64,000 nt of DNA from Vicugna vicugna (taxonomy: Eukaryota): NCBI GenBank assembly GCA_013265495.1, contig MU058645.1:1-64000 (forward strand), given 5' to 3'. The number at the start of each line of letters is the position of its first letter. Position 1 is the first letter of the stretch. A program made the translations under genes and the position numbers. Positions 36,100 through 50,060 of the stretch are shown piece after piece. Below the pieces are notes generated by a model. It ran no database searches. It saw nothing but the letters and a program-made list of their open reading frames with translations, and was not told where the DNA came from.

Positions 36100-37655
36100 T
36101 TTCCACCAGCCAAGTATACCATCTTGTATCCCCAGCAGAAAAGTCTAAGAATTTTATTTGCACTTATCAGTACTTAGTTTCATCAGTTTTCTGTCATTCT
36201 AGTTGATGTTTAGTGGTTTCTTATTGTTTTAATTTGCATTTCCATAATGGATAAAGATGTAGGACACTTTTTAATTTTGTATTTATTTTCCACCCGTTTG
36301 TCATATTGGTCAAAGTGTCTGTTCAAATATTTGGGGCATTTTTAAATTGAGTTGTTTGTTTGCTCATTATTATGTTTTGATATATTTGTGACACAGCTCC
36401 TTTTCAAATATGTGATTTGCAGACATTTTATGCAAGTCTGTGGGCTATTTTTTATTTTCTAAAAGTGCCTTTCAAACACATATGTTCTTAACTTTGATGA
36501 GGTTTAATCTACCAACATCGTATTTTATGGGTCATATTTTTAGTGCTGTTCCTAAGAAATCTTTGCCCAACTAAAAGTCATACATGTTTTCTTCTATATT
36601 TTCTTATAGAAAAGTTTGACATTTAGAGTTATGATTCATTTTGAGCTAGTTTTTTTTAAGAATTCAAAATATGGGTCAAGTTTTTTTCCTTTTTCTTATA
36701 GATATCCAATTCTAGCAACATTTTTGAAAAAGACTATCCTTTCTCTGTCAAATTGCCTTTGCACATTTTTCTAAAATAAATTGATCCTCTATGTGGTTCT
36801 ATTTCTAGACTCTCTATCATGTCCTATTGAAACCACATGTAAATATTTTCTTCAAATATACTGTGTATTAAATATTTCAGCCTTATAATATTTAAAGCAG
36901 ATGATATAAGTTACCAAACTTTGTTCTTTTTCAAAATTGGCTATTCAAGCTTCTTTTTACTTCTGTATAAATTTTAGCATCTGTTTGGTAATTTCTATAA
37001 AAATGTCTAATATTTGTCTCAAATGAGTTGAATCTATAAGGTTTTGAAGAATTGATGCTGTTATGATACTTAGGATCATAACACATATTAATTTTAATCA
37101 ATTAATGTGATATATCTCTCCATTTATTTAGATCTTCTTTGATTTATTCCATCAGTGTTTTGTAGTTTTCAGTATACAGATTTTTTCATACATTTTGAAA
37201 GGTTTATACAAGATGATTTCATGATGTTTGGTCTATTTGAAATGACAATTTAAACATTTTAATTTAAAGTTGCTTGTTGCTAGTTACCATTTTTGAGAAT
37301 TTAACTCATGACTTAAGTGATCCTAAACTCACATCTTAGTTCCAGTAGTTTCTTCGCGATTCTTTGTGAACGTCAATAATCATGTCTGCGACTGAGACAC
37401 TTTTGTTTCCTTCTTTCCAATCAGCCTGCCTTTTGTTTCTTCTTTTTGCCTTATTGCACCACCTCGCGCTTCCAATAATCTGTTGAATAGGAATTATAAG
37501 TGGATATTGTGCTTTTTTTTGACTCTTAGGGGTGTAGCATTCAGTCTTTCGCCATTACATATGACGTCATCTGTAGGATTTTTGTAGATAGCTCTTATCA
37601 GGGTGAGAAAGTCCCTTTCTAGCCCGTTTTCTGAGAATTTTAATCATTAATATAA
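36100..37655 (-). mobile_element. Old LINE-1 ORF2 (RT to C-terminal part)
   Basis: Continuous antisense ORF2 remnants (gttttaatttgcatttcc, aaagactatcctttctc, cattcagtctttcgccatt). Confidence 0.88.
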
Positions 37656-37659
37656 AAAG

Positions 37660-38200
37660 GGTAGAGGAGCACTTCCAAGACGGAGCTGAGAGGTACTCCA
37701 ACAGTGAGAGAGGGAGAAGAAGTTGCAACAAAGCATAATAGTCCGAGCAGCAACTGAAGTAAACGTTGTTAAGGAATCTCAAAGAGATGTGTTAAAAGAG
37801 GTTGAGTGAGATGAAAAGCGATCCTGAATTTTGCAACAGGGAGGTGATTTTTAACCTTAGCAAGAGCAGTTTCTGTGAAGTGGTGGGCACGGGAGGAAGA
37901 TTTGAGTGTGACAAGAGTGAATGGAAGGTAAGAAGTGGACAATCACAGGTTCTTTTCATCTCTCTTTTCGTCAAGGGGATGCAACGTGGAGGGGGAAGAT
38001 TTCTTGAGAGAGAAATGAACATAAGAGCAGATTCCGCAGGTTAATAGACTACAGCGTGCGTTTAGACCAAAGGACAGGATCGGAGAGAGAACGTGAAATC
38101 GATGATAAGAGAAGAGATGGTAATAACTATAGATGCAAATCCATGCATAAAGCGACAGTGAAAAGGGCTCAAAGCAAAGTTAGGAGGACTTGGTCTTCAA
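37660..38200 (-). mobile_element. LINE-2 fragment
   Basis: tgaattttgcaacagggaggtgatttttaaccttagcaagagcagtttctgtgaagtggtggg is antisense L2. Confidence 0.7.
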
Positions 38201-38459
38201 AAAGGGCAAAGACAATCCTCTGGTTCAACGTATGTGACCGAGTGCAGTTACTGCTAACACAAAACAGGAAGAACTCATAAGGGGAGCGCAAATATCCAAA
38301 TAGGGAAAGTTGCAAACGCAAAGGCACACACTCTCCAAAAGAAAAAAATGTACATAGCAAATGGAATCATTTTGTGTAAACCACAATAATAATAAATGAC
38401 AAATTAAAGTACCTGGAGTGATTCTGGGCAGCTGGAATAGACACACCTCCTTTAACTCT

Positions 38460-38660
38460 CAGCGAACCTCCCTGCAAGGCCGCGGCAGAGCGCGCGCAGC
38501 TGCCCAGCGCTCTGAGCAGCACGTGCGGCGGGCGGGCCGGGGAGGGTCGCCGGAACCCGCGGGGCTCGGCCCGCCGGTGGCGTGGCTGCTGGCTCCGCAG
38601 CGCCCCGGGCCTGAGCAAGCCGATTCCAGACCCAGACGTGCCCACGTGGTGCAGGCAGGG
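38460..38660. other. Short GC/CpG peak
   Basis: CpG-dense block with two CACGTG E-boxes; weaker CpG enrichment extends to about 39010. Confidence 0.75.
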
Positions 38661-40029
38661 AGAGCCAGGGAAGACTCCAGTTGCTGTTTATGGAGTGGAG
38701 ACGGAGACATCGAAAGCTCAGAAGGAATGGATAAACCCCCGGGGTTGTTTCCTTTCCTTTTCTCTCTTGTCTTGTGCCTCAGCTGCTAGGCTGTCACGGG
38801 CAGAGGCAAGAACAGGGCAAGGGCTTCCAGAAACGGAGCTGCAGGAGTGAGAATCCCCAGGAAGGGAGCCCTCCTCATGCTGGGTGGGTCTACGGCTCTG
38901 AGAGGGAAGCACCAGATCCTCAGCGTAGATCCCTCCCCAAACGACCTCTCACGTCTCGCTGCTCAGCGCCAGACACGGCGCGGCCCTGCAAGTGCGCGGT
39001 TCCCGGCAGATAGAGCCCAAGGAAGGGGACGCATGTGGGAGAGGATGGGAAGGGAGAGGCTCTGGAAAGTGGTTCTGTGTGTAGCTGTATGAACCCTGTA
39101 CTCGCCCCGCTCTCTGGAGCTCAGCTGAGTTGGACCAAAGATGCCGAGAACCGGCTGATGGCGGCCAGGCCCCAGACTGACCACTGGACAGCACACAACA
39201 GGGCAGCATTGCGGAGGCTTTGGAAACAGAGCTGGCATGTTAACTGCAGCCCCCAAAATGGCAACATTCTCCACAGAATGTGAAAAAGACCCAGAATCTC
39301 ATAGCATAAAACATCTGAGATACAAACCACACGTTTCTACTCACTTTGGAAAAGACAGCCAAATGGACACCAAAACAAAGAAAAAGCCAAGTGTGGTGTA
39401 TAACTGTGCCTAGAAGTAACATACATGAGTCTAATTACACAACACATTCACTTTTCTATTATTTTATACTACTATTCTATTATACCTTCATATTATGTAT
39501 CTTTTATATTGTGTTGTATTTCAAATGCAAGTGATTTCCCAGGGCTGACAGCTTGGGAACTGGGGAGAGGTTCCATGGTCCTCGTAATAACTGTATCATT
39601 ATAGTCACCGCCATCTTTTGCATCCTGCAGACGAGTAGTGAGGCAGATTTTTAAAGAACTCGTCCACATCCTACAGCCAACAAGTATCTTCTGGAAGTGG
39701 CCTCAGGCCGTAGGGCACCATCCCATCCTTTGGGTCATTGTGTAACGTTGCCTCTCAAGGAAGCCAGTGAAAAGCCAAGACTGAAAATGCTAGAAAGAGA
39801 GAAGAACAAAGCAATTGGTGGACAGTTTCTATTGAAATGTAAATGAGTTTTACTTAAATCTTTAGTGTTCCAAAAGCTTCTTTTTCGGTAGTGACTCACA
39901 GCAAAAAAGGAAACTGAGGAAGACACTGTACACTTGTCCCCTGCCCTCGAGGGATTATAATCTAGAGAGGAATTTGTGGCCAATTTTTAAGGGCAATAAA
40001 AATACATAGACCTCTGAGATACATGGCCT

Positions 40030-40420
40030 TATTACGAGGTGGACTGTGTCCCTTAAGAATTCCTGCATTGACATCCTAACCTCCAGTAACTCAGCATGGG
40101 ACCTTATTTGGAGAGAGGGTCTTTACAGAGGTAACAACATTCAAATGAGGTGATGAGAGGGGCCCTGATCCAATACGGTTGATGCTTTTATGAAAAGGGG
40201 GAGTCTGGAGACTGACGTGTACATGGGGAGGACTCTGTGGAAACTGGGGTTGTCCTGCCACTAGACAAGGGCTCCGTGGAAGCTCGGAGAGATGCGGGAG
40301 CAAGCCCTTCCGTCTCAGCCTCAGGACACCGTGGTCCTGGACTTGCCGCCCCCGAGCTCCGGCACGGTGAATCTCTGTTGTTTGAGCCGTCCGGGCTGCG
40401 GTGTTCCTTCCAGCAGGCTG
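40030..40420 (+). mobile_element. MaLR MLT1 (MLT1B-like) solo LTR
   Basis: gaccttatttggagagagggtctttacagaggtaa...aaatgaggt...ggccctgatccaata. Confidence 0.85.
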
Positions 40421-40997
40421 AGCAACCTCTCTCTGTGCAGTGGGCTGGAGCCTGGGAAAGAGAGGAGTGTGTCAGAGACCATGAGGTGGACGTACTTTCC
40501 CCTGCTTCTCCGCTAAGTCCAAATAAACACCACAGACCTACGTATACAGCAAACATAAGGAGAACTTAATGCAGCACTGTACACTGACTATACTTCAGTT
40601 AAAAAAAAATAAAAACAAACAAACAAACATGAGACTTTGAAGGATGGAGAGCAGGAAAACGGGCTGGAGACCTCAGAGCCCCAAAATGATGAGGTAGTGA
40701 GTTCTGTGCAATTTCCTTTTCCCTCATGTCCCTGAGACCTGGAGCTAGCCACCCAGAAATGACGGGGGCTCACACACAACCGGGAAAGCCAGCGCTTCTC
40801 GGCCAAAGCAGAGCGAGAGAGCGCCCACGGTGATTCTGGAGGCCTTGGGGGCCTCTCTTCACTAAACTGGCATCAGCGTCTTGGTTGTAATAATTCACTA
40901 TCAGTGTTCAAGGTGCCAAGGCCGGAGAAAACTGGGTAAAGTGCAGGTGGACTCTCTTTTCACTGTTTCTCTAAACTGCATATGATTCTAAAGCTAT

Positions 40998-41272
40998 TGT
41001 CAGAAAACAGACTTGCAGTTACCAGGGTGGAAAGGGGTGGGAAGGGATAAACTGGGAGCTCGGAATTCGCACACACTGACTACTGTGTATAAAACGGATA
41101 GACAACAAGGGCCTTCTGTAGGACACAAGGAGCTGTGTTCAATACCTTGCAGTAACCGATAATGAAAGAGAATATGAAAATGAAGATATGAATGTACGTG
41201 TGTGACTGACACATTATGCTGCCCACCAGAAATTGACACGACATTGTAAACTGACTACAGTTCAATAAAAAG
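40998..41272 (+). mobile_element. LINE-1 3' UTR fragment with 9-bp TSD, nested in an older L1MC-like 3' end
   Basis: TSD taaagctat at 40989-40997 and 41273-41281. Confidence 0.88.
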
Positions 41273-42329
41273 TAAAGCTATCTCCAAATGAATACAAAAT
41301 TTGATTTAAAAAAATAGAATGAGACAGAGAACGCAGTAGAGAATAGTCAAAGGTTGTGTGAGAATTCATGAATATTCAGTTTAATCATTGTGCTCACAGT
41401 CTGCCTTGCCCTTTAGTAAAGTGTGACAGTTTTGCCAGCCCTGCCCGCATAAGGATGCCAGCATGGACTCTGGAACCCAGCTGCGTGGTACTGCGTCCTG
41501 GCTGCAGGGCTCCCCGGGCAAGAGACCTTAAATGCTCCATATCTGTGTTCTCTGCGTTGCAGGTAAATGGTCTCCAAACTGGTTTTTATTTTTATTTTCC
41601 TTTCGATCAACTTCATGAAGGCAGAGGATTTATTTCCTAGTGTCATTTTAAACACATCTCAGGAGCAAAAGAAATTAATTAAAATTAAAAATATGTTCTT
41701 AATTTCAAATAATCGGATTTTTTAAAAAATTGGCTGTTTTTCATTTGTTCATTATGCATAACTCTACAAGTCTCTTACTTCTAGTAGAATAAAATCAATC
41801 TAAAAAGTTCTCTGTCTATCCTTGAATTATTTTGTCATCTTGTAAGTGAGAAAGAAATATGCAACACATTTTAAACTCAGCTATTAATTTTTCTAATAAA
41901 ATATTTTACACATGGACAAAATGTAATCTTAGTTAGTACAATTTACCTTATTCTTTAGTCTTCCAAAAACAAGTGACATTAGATTCACTTGCACTTACTG
42001 AGGATAGATACGGTAATTATTGCAAAACAAAAAGAACAATTTTGTTTTTAAATTGATAAGGTTTCAAAACATATGCGTCAATTATATCTAAAATATATTT
42101 TACTGCAGTTTTGTGATTAGCCATGCATTTCATACCAGATTCAGTTTTCTGACCACAAGGCAAACTTTAAATTCCTCTCACAAACTATTTATGTGGTTTT
42201 CTCAATTTGCATTTGCTTTTAAAAGTGTTTGATTCATTTTGATAGTGTTACTGAAAGATTTCTCATGAAATTCAGTCTCCGACTCCAATTTAAGCATGTG
42301 CCAAGCATGACCTTGTTTAGCCGTTTTAT

Positions 42330-43170
42330 TCTATCCATAACTGGCAAATAATTTGAGCCACTGTTCTGAGGCTCTAGGTCATATAAGTCAAATTTAAGTC
42401 AAGGTAGGAAACATTGAGCATCCAGTATATACGTGAAAGGGTACAAGGTGCCACAGGTACAGCTATAGGGGAAAGACGTGAATTTCCAGCATCAGGGAAA
42501 GCCGTACTGAACCGTGATTGGGCAATTATCACGCACTTTGACGAATGCTAATCTGGGGGAGGGAAAGCTGCTGTGAGGCAGAATAAGACGAATCTTTAAC
42601 TGGAAACTGGGGACTGCGATCGGGAAAGCAGGCCTGAGGAGGTGACAGCTAAAGTGAGACCCATCAGAGATGGACTGTGAATGTCACCCAAGCAAAATGT
42701 TTGGGAGGAAAGAGAGAGAGGGGAGTGTTCGGCAGAAGAAAACCACGCTGAGGACATACGTGGAAAAAGAGCGTGGCCTACTTGGCCCAGGGATCTGAAG
42801 GTGATTCAGGAAATCTGGAGGGAAGAGCGTGTGAGCGGCTGAGGAGTCGGCAGGTAACTGAGGGCCGAGGACAACTTTTGGAGAATTCTTCCAAGGGAAT
42901 GACTGAACAATTTGTGCTTTCGCTTAGAAACACAGTCTCAGTGCAAGGCATGGAGGAAAGAGTAGAAGGCTATGGACAGACCTCTCCAAACAAAATCTCA
43001 GAGGCCTGAACCATGGGTAGTGGCACTAGAAACAGGGAGAAGACGATGAATCAGAGATGGGTGGAAAGTAAGTTCAGTAGGACTGGGCACTGCTTCTCTG
43101 AGGGATGATAAAGCTAATGTGAAACATGACACACGCTCCTGATCCAAGCCGTTTGGTGGTTTCTGGCTGT
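42330..43170 (-). mobile_element. LINE-2 fragment
   Basis: gggaaagcaggcctgaggaggtgacagctaaagtgagacc...ggtagtggcactagaaacagggagaag. Confidence 0.65.
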
Positions 43171-46100
43171 GCTTCGGCTTCTAGAGCCTAGAGCTGCTGC
43201 TCACAAGTGGCTGCCCACTGGGGGAAGGCATTTTCCAGCCTCCAGGCAGGCAGGCATGTCCACATGGCTACTTCTCAGCAGTGGGGAATATGCAGAATTG
43301 ATGTGAATTACTCTCAGGCTAAGGACTCGAGGGCAATTATGCCCCCTGCACTTTTTCTTCTGTTATTGGATGGATAAAATGTCCAGGGCCACAGTGGAAT
43401 TCAGGTGATCTATATGCTAGATTCCCTTCCACTTAATTACTCTTAACTTAATTATCCCCTTTCACTCAATTTAATTAACTCTTTAATTATACCAAAGAGT
43501 GCAAAAATGGGTACTTTAAAGTGAAATGCTGCATCATGGAAATGATCTTAGTGGTCAGAAGGAAGACTGTGTGGAAACTTATATGGGTTGGAAAAAGAGG
43601 ACCTTTAATATCTAGTGGCAGGACATTTGGTAAAATATCCACTATTAAACCAAGAAAAGCAACCCACATGCCTACTGCAGTATAGTCTTGGGGGCAGATG
43701 GCAAGCGTCAAAATATGGGGTAATTAACTTTCACTTTCTGCTTTTGACAAGACATCAAAAGAAAGAGGTACTCTTAGGCAAACATTGCTTGAGAGAATAA
43801 GTAAAATAAAGTTAATCCAAAACGTTGGTACTTTGAACGGTTTGAAAATTCAGCAGCCTCCTAATCTCAGTGGGAAGAGATAAAACTGAAAGAAAAAAAA
43901 GAGAAAACAAATGTTCATTAAAATTTATAAATTATTCATAGAGATTCATCCCTGAGAATCTTCCCCTGCTTTTTACCAAAGTTTCAGATAGTTTCAAGAT
44001 AATTGACATTAAATTAAGAGAGAAAGTTTTGAGATCCAGGGGAAAAAAGCCAGGCTTAAAAGTTATGTCACATTGGGGGAAAAATGTCATTACTGGTACA
44101 CGGAGCTGACTGGAGGCAAGTAAATCAGGAACCTACTAAATTTTAAAATAAACTATAGTGTTAAGAAGTGTAAAATAATGCTTGGGCCCCCAAACCTCAT
44201 CAAGAGAAGACCTGCGGGGCACTGCAGCACCAAGGAAGGGCAGAATCAATGGTGCCCCATCAGGTTGCCATGGAGACTGAAGAGCAGGAAGAATTCCCAG
44301 GAACAAGCTGGGACAGCAGAGGAAATGCATGAGGAACACAGAAGGTGGGTGGCTGGACAGGTGATTTTAGGGTGGCCAACCATCTTGATTTGCCTGGCAC
44401 TTTCTTCATTCTAGGGAAACCCGAATGGTTGGTCTCGCTGCAATTGTTCTAGAAATGAATTTTTCCAGGTGAATCATATGATAGAATAATGGGACAGAGT
44501 AGCTGGAGATAAAGTGAAAATATGGTTGTGATGATGAAGGATGATTCCAAACCAACTGGGGAGAGAAGGACGGTAAGCAAGGGGAAGGGAGAAGGAGTAG
44601 GGGGCAGAGGTCAGATGAGGTCTGGGCTTAGCCACCGTGGAAGTAAAACCTAACTATGAAGGCAGAAGGGGTTGCCACCTAAGCCAGGATGTCTGAGTCC
44701 ATGTATGACATGCAAATTCAATTATTTTAACTGATACCAGAATTTCTCTTAGCAGGACAACTGAATTCAGTTATGAAAATCCTTTGATAAACCATTTTGT
44801 GAGTGAAAGTGGTAATGATTGTTAGTGTGTATGTTTGTGGATTAGCCCTACTATATTATGTATCATATGGCAGTTTGACTCATAAGGGCAATATATTTCA
44901 TTTTCATACCATTTAAGTGGTCAGCTGAAATTTATATCTACAAGTAAATAGTATTCCAAATGATTATTCACTGAAGTGAAAATCATGTTCATTAATTTAG
45001 TGGCAAATGTTCAAAAGAGCGCACACACACACAACATGCACGCATGCACACTTTTCTACACACTCTTCTTTGATGCCAGAAGTTTTGAAGTATAAGAAGT
45101 CATGAATAAGGATGCTGAGGAAAAGTGCCATGTTCTCATAAGTTACTTACTTATTAAACTCCGGGGTCTAATTTATATTGAGACTCTAGGGCAATCAGAG
45201 TCTTGGTGGGATAAGTGTATGAAAAAAAAATGAAGATCATCCTGGTTAACACCCTGGCTTCAGACCCACCATCACTCTCCATCAGTACTGAACTAGCAGA
45301 CACCAAATGGGTTTGATTTACAAGAGAGGTTCTTTCCTTAACAATCTGGATGAGTTGGGAAGCGTTAGTACTGAAGGTGTTACCTCCAAGAGATAGAGGA
45401 GATAGAAGAGAAAGCAGAAATGGTTTCGGTTTTATTTTGCTGTATTTTTCTTCTGTATAACTAATGTGGATATGTTTGGAAGAAGGTATGAGGATATAGA
45501 GGGTGAATTTTAATTCAATTCAAGGTGTATAAAGTGCAAGATTACAAATAATGTGAAAAGAACCAGTGTTATTGGTGGGGTGAGGGGACGAACTTGGAGC
45601 TAAATTCACGTTTGTGTAAGACAGAAGTAATCAGTTCCTACTGAAAAGAGAATTCCAGCTGTTTACAAATAAGAACTCATCCTCTTTCAGATTCATGGTT
45701 ACCTGTCTGGTGATGCAATTGTACAAGTTTTGTACAAACCACGTTGCAAGCATCCAGTTTGAATTAAGGAATTTTCCTGATTGTTTGAGTCTCAGCAAAC
45801 AAAAAACTAGCAAAATAAAATACTTGTCTTGGGTTCCTCTTTAATGAATTGGATAAAATGATTCTGAGCTCTAAATTAAGAACAAGCTTAAGAACAGCTG
45901 GGAAGACAAAGGACTGTAAGATGGCAAATGGTTGCTGTACATTATGGATGAACCCTTGTAATGACTGTGAACTAGCTTATAAGAACACTCAAGGTACCAT
46001 TTAACGGGTTCTCTGTCCCTTTTATTCATTGTTTAGAGGCACTGAAGTTCATCAAGGTAAATCCGTGGCTGGCAGTTACCAGGAGAAAATAGCAGTGTCC

Positions 46101-47659
46101 TGATTATCAAGGTCCTGATTAAATGAATCAGCTAGCTTTAGACCCTGCAGAATCTGCAGGAATATAGCCTAAGCCTCATTAAGCATAACAGGTGAACAGT
46201 CATGTTATCGTGGGCTTCATTACCCTCCATCATTCGCCTGTGTTTTCACAGGGGGCACAGGTTATTAGATGACTGTTGAGGGAAATAGGACTTGCTAGGA
46301 AGGAAAAGCTGTTTGATTGCATCTGTCATGTTATTTGGCTTTGACTAACCCAGTTTGAGGACCACAATTTCTAGAAACGCTACAGATGAACCTCAGTAGG
46401 GTACACAATAGGGAGTTATGGGCAATACATTGGAAACTTTCTTCTGAATTTCTCACGGAGATTTTGGGACAATTTCTTCCTTCAAACTAATGGGAAAAAA
46501 AGCATTGCTTTGTTGTTGCTGTTGTTAATGATATTGTGGTGGTGGTTAAAAGGACTCCATTGGAAATCAGGCAGCAAAATCTCCTTGGCTCCACTCTACC
46601 TGCCAACACCAACTCTTGAATCAGTTCTCACTCGCCTCTACACAGAAACATTTGCCCTCCTGGTTTACAAAGCAAGGAGCTTTTGACTCACAGTTAAACA
46701 GACATTAATTTGCTACCTCACAGTACATATAATAAGGCATTGGGGACTCTCTGAAAACAAATGACAAGATTCTACCCTAAAGAGATCAACAGTACAGCTG
46801 ATTTTGTACAATTTCTGTCTAAAGTGACATATGAATTTCCAGTAGGTGCTTTGTTGAATTAGCTTTACCAGTCAGTTTATCCTTGGTTTTCATTGCTTAC
46901 TTCACCAGCTGAGATGACAACATCACCAATGGTGGCTCATGAATATATGAGACACACGCGGACACAAGGCAGAGTTTGGCTGCCATGAAGAAGAAGGTCG
47001 CGAATGTTAAGAAAAGCACACCTGCAAAACCCAGGTACCAGGGACCTACGAAGAGCGACACGGATGAAGGCACGAGAGTAGATTATTTCTCACCACCATC
47101 TCTACCACCACCAGGTATGGACTGTAATGTAACTACAATTGATTTGTGAATGGATTTAGGAGAAAAGGTTGCCAGCATGAACAAACAGGTGGGGGTTTAA
47201 GTAGAGGGAAAAAAAAAAACCACAAGAAAGAGGTAAATTAAAAAAATAGAAATTAAAAAATACAATTAGAGAGATGAAGAATGTCTTAGATGGGCTCAGC
47301 AGTCCACCCGACACTGTGAAGTAAACGTTCAGTGAATATAAAGACGAATCAAAAGACATTATGTAAATTGAAACACAGGGTAAATAAAGGAATAAAGTAA
47401 AAATAAGACAACGCAGAATAGTCAAGGACTGTACGGCAATATCAAAGGGTCTAACATATAGTAGTCGGAATCCCAGAAAAGTAAGAGAAACTGAATGAAA
47501 TGAGATTGAAAGAGAGATGGGGTAAAAGACAATATTTGAGGAGATAATGGCTGTCATTTCCCCAAAATAATGACAGATAAAAAAATAATAATGAGATCTA
47601 CTAAATTCACTGAGCCCCAAATAGGATAAACATCAATAAAAAATAAACCTATTACATAT

Positions 47660-47845
47660 ATTTTAATTTATTTTTAATAGACTTAATTTTTTAGAGCAGT
47701 TTCAGGTTTACAGCAGAATTGAGCAGAAAATAGAGCACACGTAGCCCTCCCCACCCACACGTATATCCTCCCCTCCCCTCAGCGTCCCCTGTCAGGGTGG
47801 CGTATTTGGCACAATCAATGAACCAACATGGGCACATTATATTAA
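47660..47845 (-). mobile_element. L1MC-like 3' end nested in L1
   Basis: ttttttagagcagtttcaggtttacagcagaattgagcagaaa...acaatcaatgaaccaacat. Confidence 0.75.
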
Positions 47846-47914
47846 AACCTCTGAAAACAAATGAAAAAGAAGAAAATCATGAAGGCAGCCAGAGTTGGGG
47901 AGCAAAACATTAGA

Positions 47915-48105
47915 GAAAGCCCCTTATGTGGGCGGTTGCACATTCGTGGAGTCAACCAGCTGTGGGTTGAATGTGGAACCCACAGCCAGGAGGGCCTCCT
48001 GCTCCACACCGTTTTCCTATAAAAGGGACTGGAGTGTGTCTGAATTTTGTTATCTTTGGGGGGTGCTGGAGCCAGCTCCCTGCGGACCCCAAGGGAAGGC
48101 CGCGC
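47915..48105. mobile_element. MER2/Tigger-derived non-autonomous DNA transposon
   Basis: ttcgtggagtcaaccagctgtgg...tataaaagggact...gggtgctggagccagctccctgcggaccccaaggga resembles MER2-group ends. Confidence 0.55.
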
Positions 48106-50060
48106 ACAGAAGTGCAAAGGTAAAGGCTTTGCCACGTCTCATCAGAATCTACAAAGCCACGAATGACAAATGTCTTTAAAGAAGTAAAAGGAAAAGAACA
48201 AAAACAAAATCACGCCACAGACCCGAATTCTATACAGAACAACTTTTTTCCCCAAAATAATTGTGAAATACTTTTCAGAAAAACTAAACAAAATTTTTTA
48301 AAAAATAAACTTGAAGAAAAAACATTTTCAGATTAACTAAACCTGAGGAAACTCATTCACTAAAAGAAATGTGAAAGGAAGTTTTTCTGGCAGAAAAAAT
48401 ATAATCCCAGCCAGGAAGGGGGAATACACAAAAAGAAATGAAGGACTCCTGAAATGATAAATATGAAAGTAAATATAAAGATTTTTTTCTTATTTTAAAT
48501 GATTGCAATAAATCATCAATTATCTACCGCAAAAAAATATTAACAAAAAACTTTGGCTTTAGCAGCATATATAAAGGTAAAATGTATGACAAAAATAGGA
48601 TAAATGAGAAAATATAAGTACACTAAGTTTCTTAAGCTTTATAAATTGGTTAATGTTTTATAAATACAAATGATAAAATAAAATAGATTGAAAAACCTTA
48701 CAGCAACACGAAGACATTGGAGAAAGAGGCATAACTTATAAACACGTTATGGAGATAAAATGGAAACAAAAACTACTCAGCTGATCCAAAAGCAATCAGA
48801 AAAAGAGAAGAAACGAAATAAAAGAATGGAACAGGGGGAAATAATTTGCAAGATGGTAGATTTAGATACATCGATAATTATGTACCAGTCAAATTTCACA
48901 AAAACTAATGCTGAAGAAATTGGACATCCTTATAACAGGATAACCAACACTTTATCCCATCTACAAAAGTTAAATTGAAGGACATTATTGACCTAAACGT
49001 AAAACTTAAAGCATCAGAATTTTAGAAAAAGAATAAGGGGAAAAAAAAAAAACTACTACCAAATCTTTGCAAAACTAATTTAGGTAAAGTTTTTTCAGGT
49101 AGGACACAAAATGCTCAAACTATAAAAGAAAAATTGATAAATTGTACATTATCAAAATTTAACATTTCTATACCTTGAGAAATATTGTTAAGAAATTTCA
49201 AAAATAATCCAGAAACCTGGAGAAAATATTTGCATAGCATGTATTTTATGGAAGCCTGGTCTCCAGAAAATATAAAGAATTCTTACAATCTAATAATAAA
49301 ACAAATTTTAGAAATTGGCAAAAGATATGAACATACACACAGACACAGAAGAGATATGGATGGAAAATAAACACACTGAAGATACTTAAAATTTAGGCAT
49401 CATGAAAATCCAAATTAAAACTACAGTGAGATACTTCTAAATAGTTGAACGAATAAAATAAAAAAAAATCTTATAATACCAAATACTAGCAATGAGGTGT
49501 AGAAAATTAAACTCATAAATTTCTTACAGGAATGAATAATATATCCACTTTGAGAAACAACATGACAATTTCTTAATTTACTTTAAGTTTTTAAATTGTG
49601 GTTAAATACACATAACATAAAATTTATCATGTTATCCATTTTTAAAATTTTAATTTAATTTAATTTTTTAATTTGAGAAGGAGAATTTTAAAATTATTTT
49701 TAAATCTATGCAAAAATGTGCCTAGAGGGAAAATCAGACAAAGAGGTTTTGCTAATATATTTTAACAAACTTTCTAGATCAAATAGCAATTTAACAAAAG
49801 TTTCTGGATCTTGGTGTTAAATACAATTTAAAATACATCTTCCTTTGCAAGTATTCTGGCTGTTTTGGAAAAGTTACATAATAAATGCTTGTAAAATAGA
49901 TGGAATATTAGGAGTTTGATAATCTATAAAAGCCACTTAGCAAAGAAGTAATGATATTCTTAAATAAATTTGACCCTTATGTAATATAATTGAAGATAAA
50001 TTATTCTAATTTCTGTGGAGTTCAAAAGAAACATGGAAAAAACTTGCAAATGTATTTTTT

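Larger units (their letters stand above)
46930..49575 (+). mobile_element. Old LINE-1 (ORF1 remnant plus ORF2 C-terminal remnant) with nested elements
   Basis: ORF1-like gagatgaagaatgtcttagatgggctcagcag and ccccaaataggataaa; ORF2-like gacctaaacgtaaaacttaaag and aaaattgataaattgtacattatcaaaatt. Confidence 0.75.

Noticed and set aside
46985..47149. 54-aa ORF with gccATG context (MKKKVANVKKSTPAKP...) and a possible donor cag/gtatgg
   Set aside because: It lies at the apparent 5' edge of a degenerate L1 ORF1, matches no protein I recognise, and no downstream exon was identified
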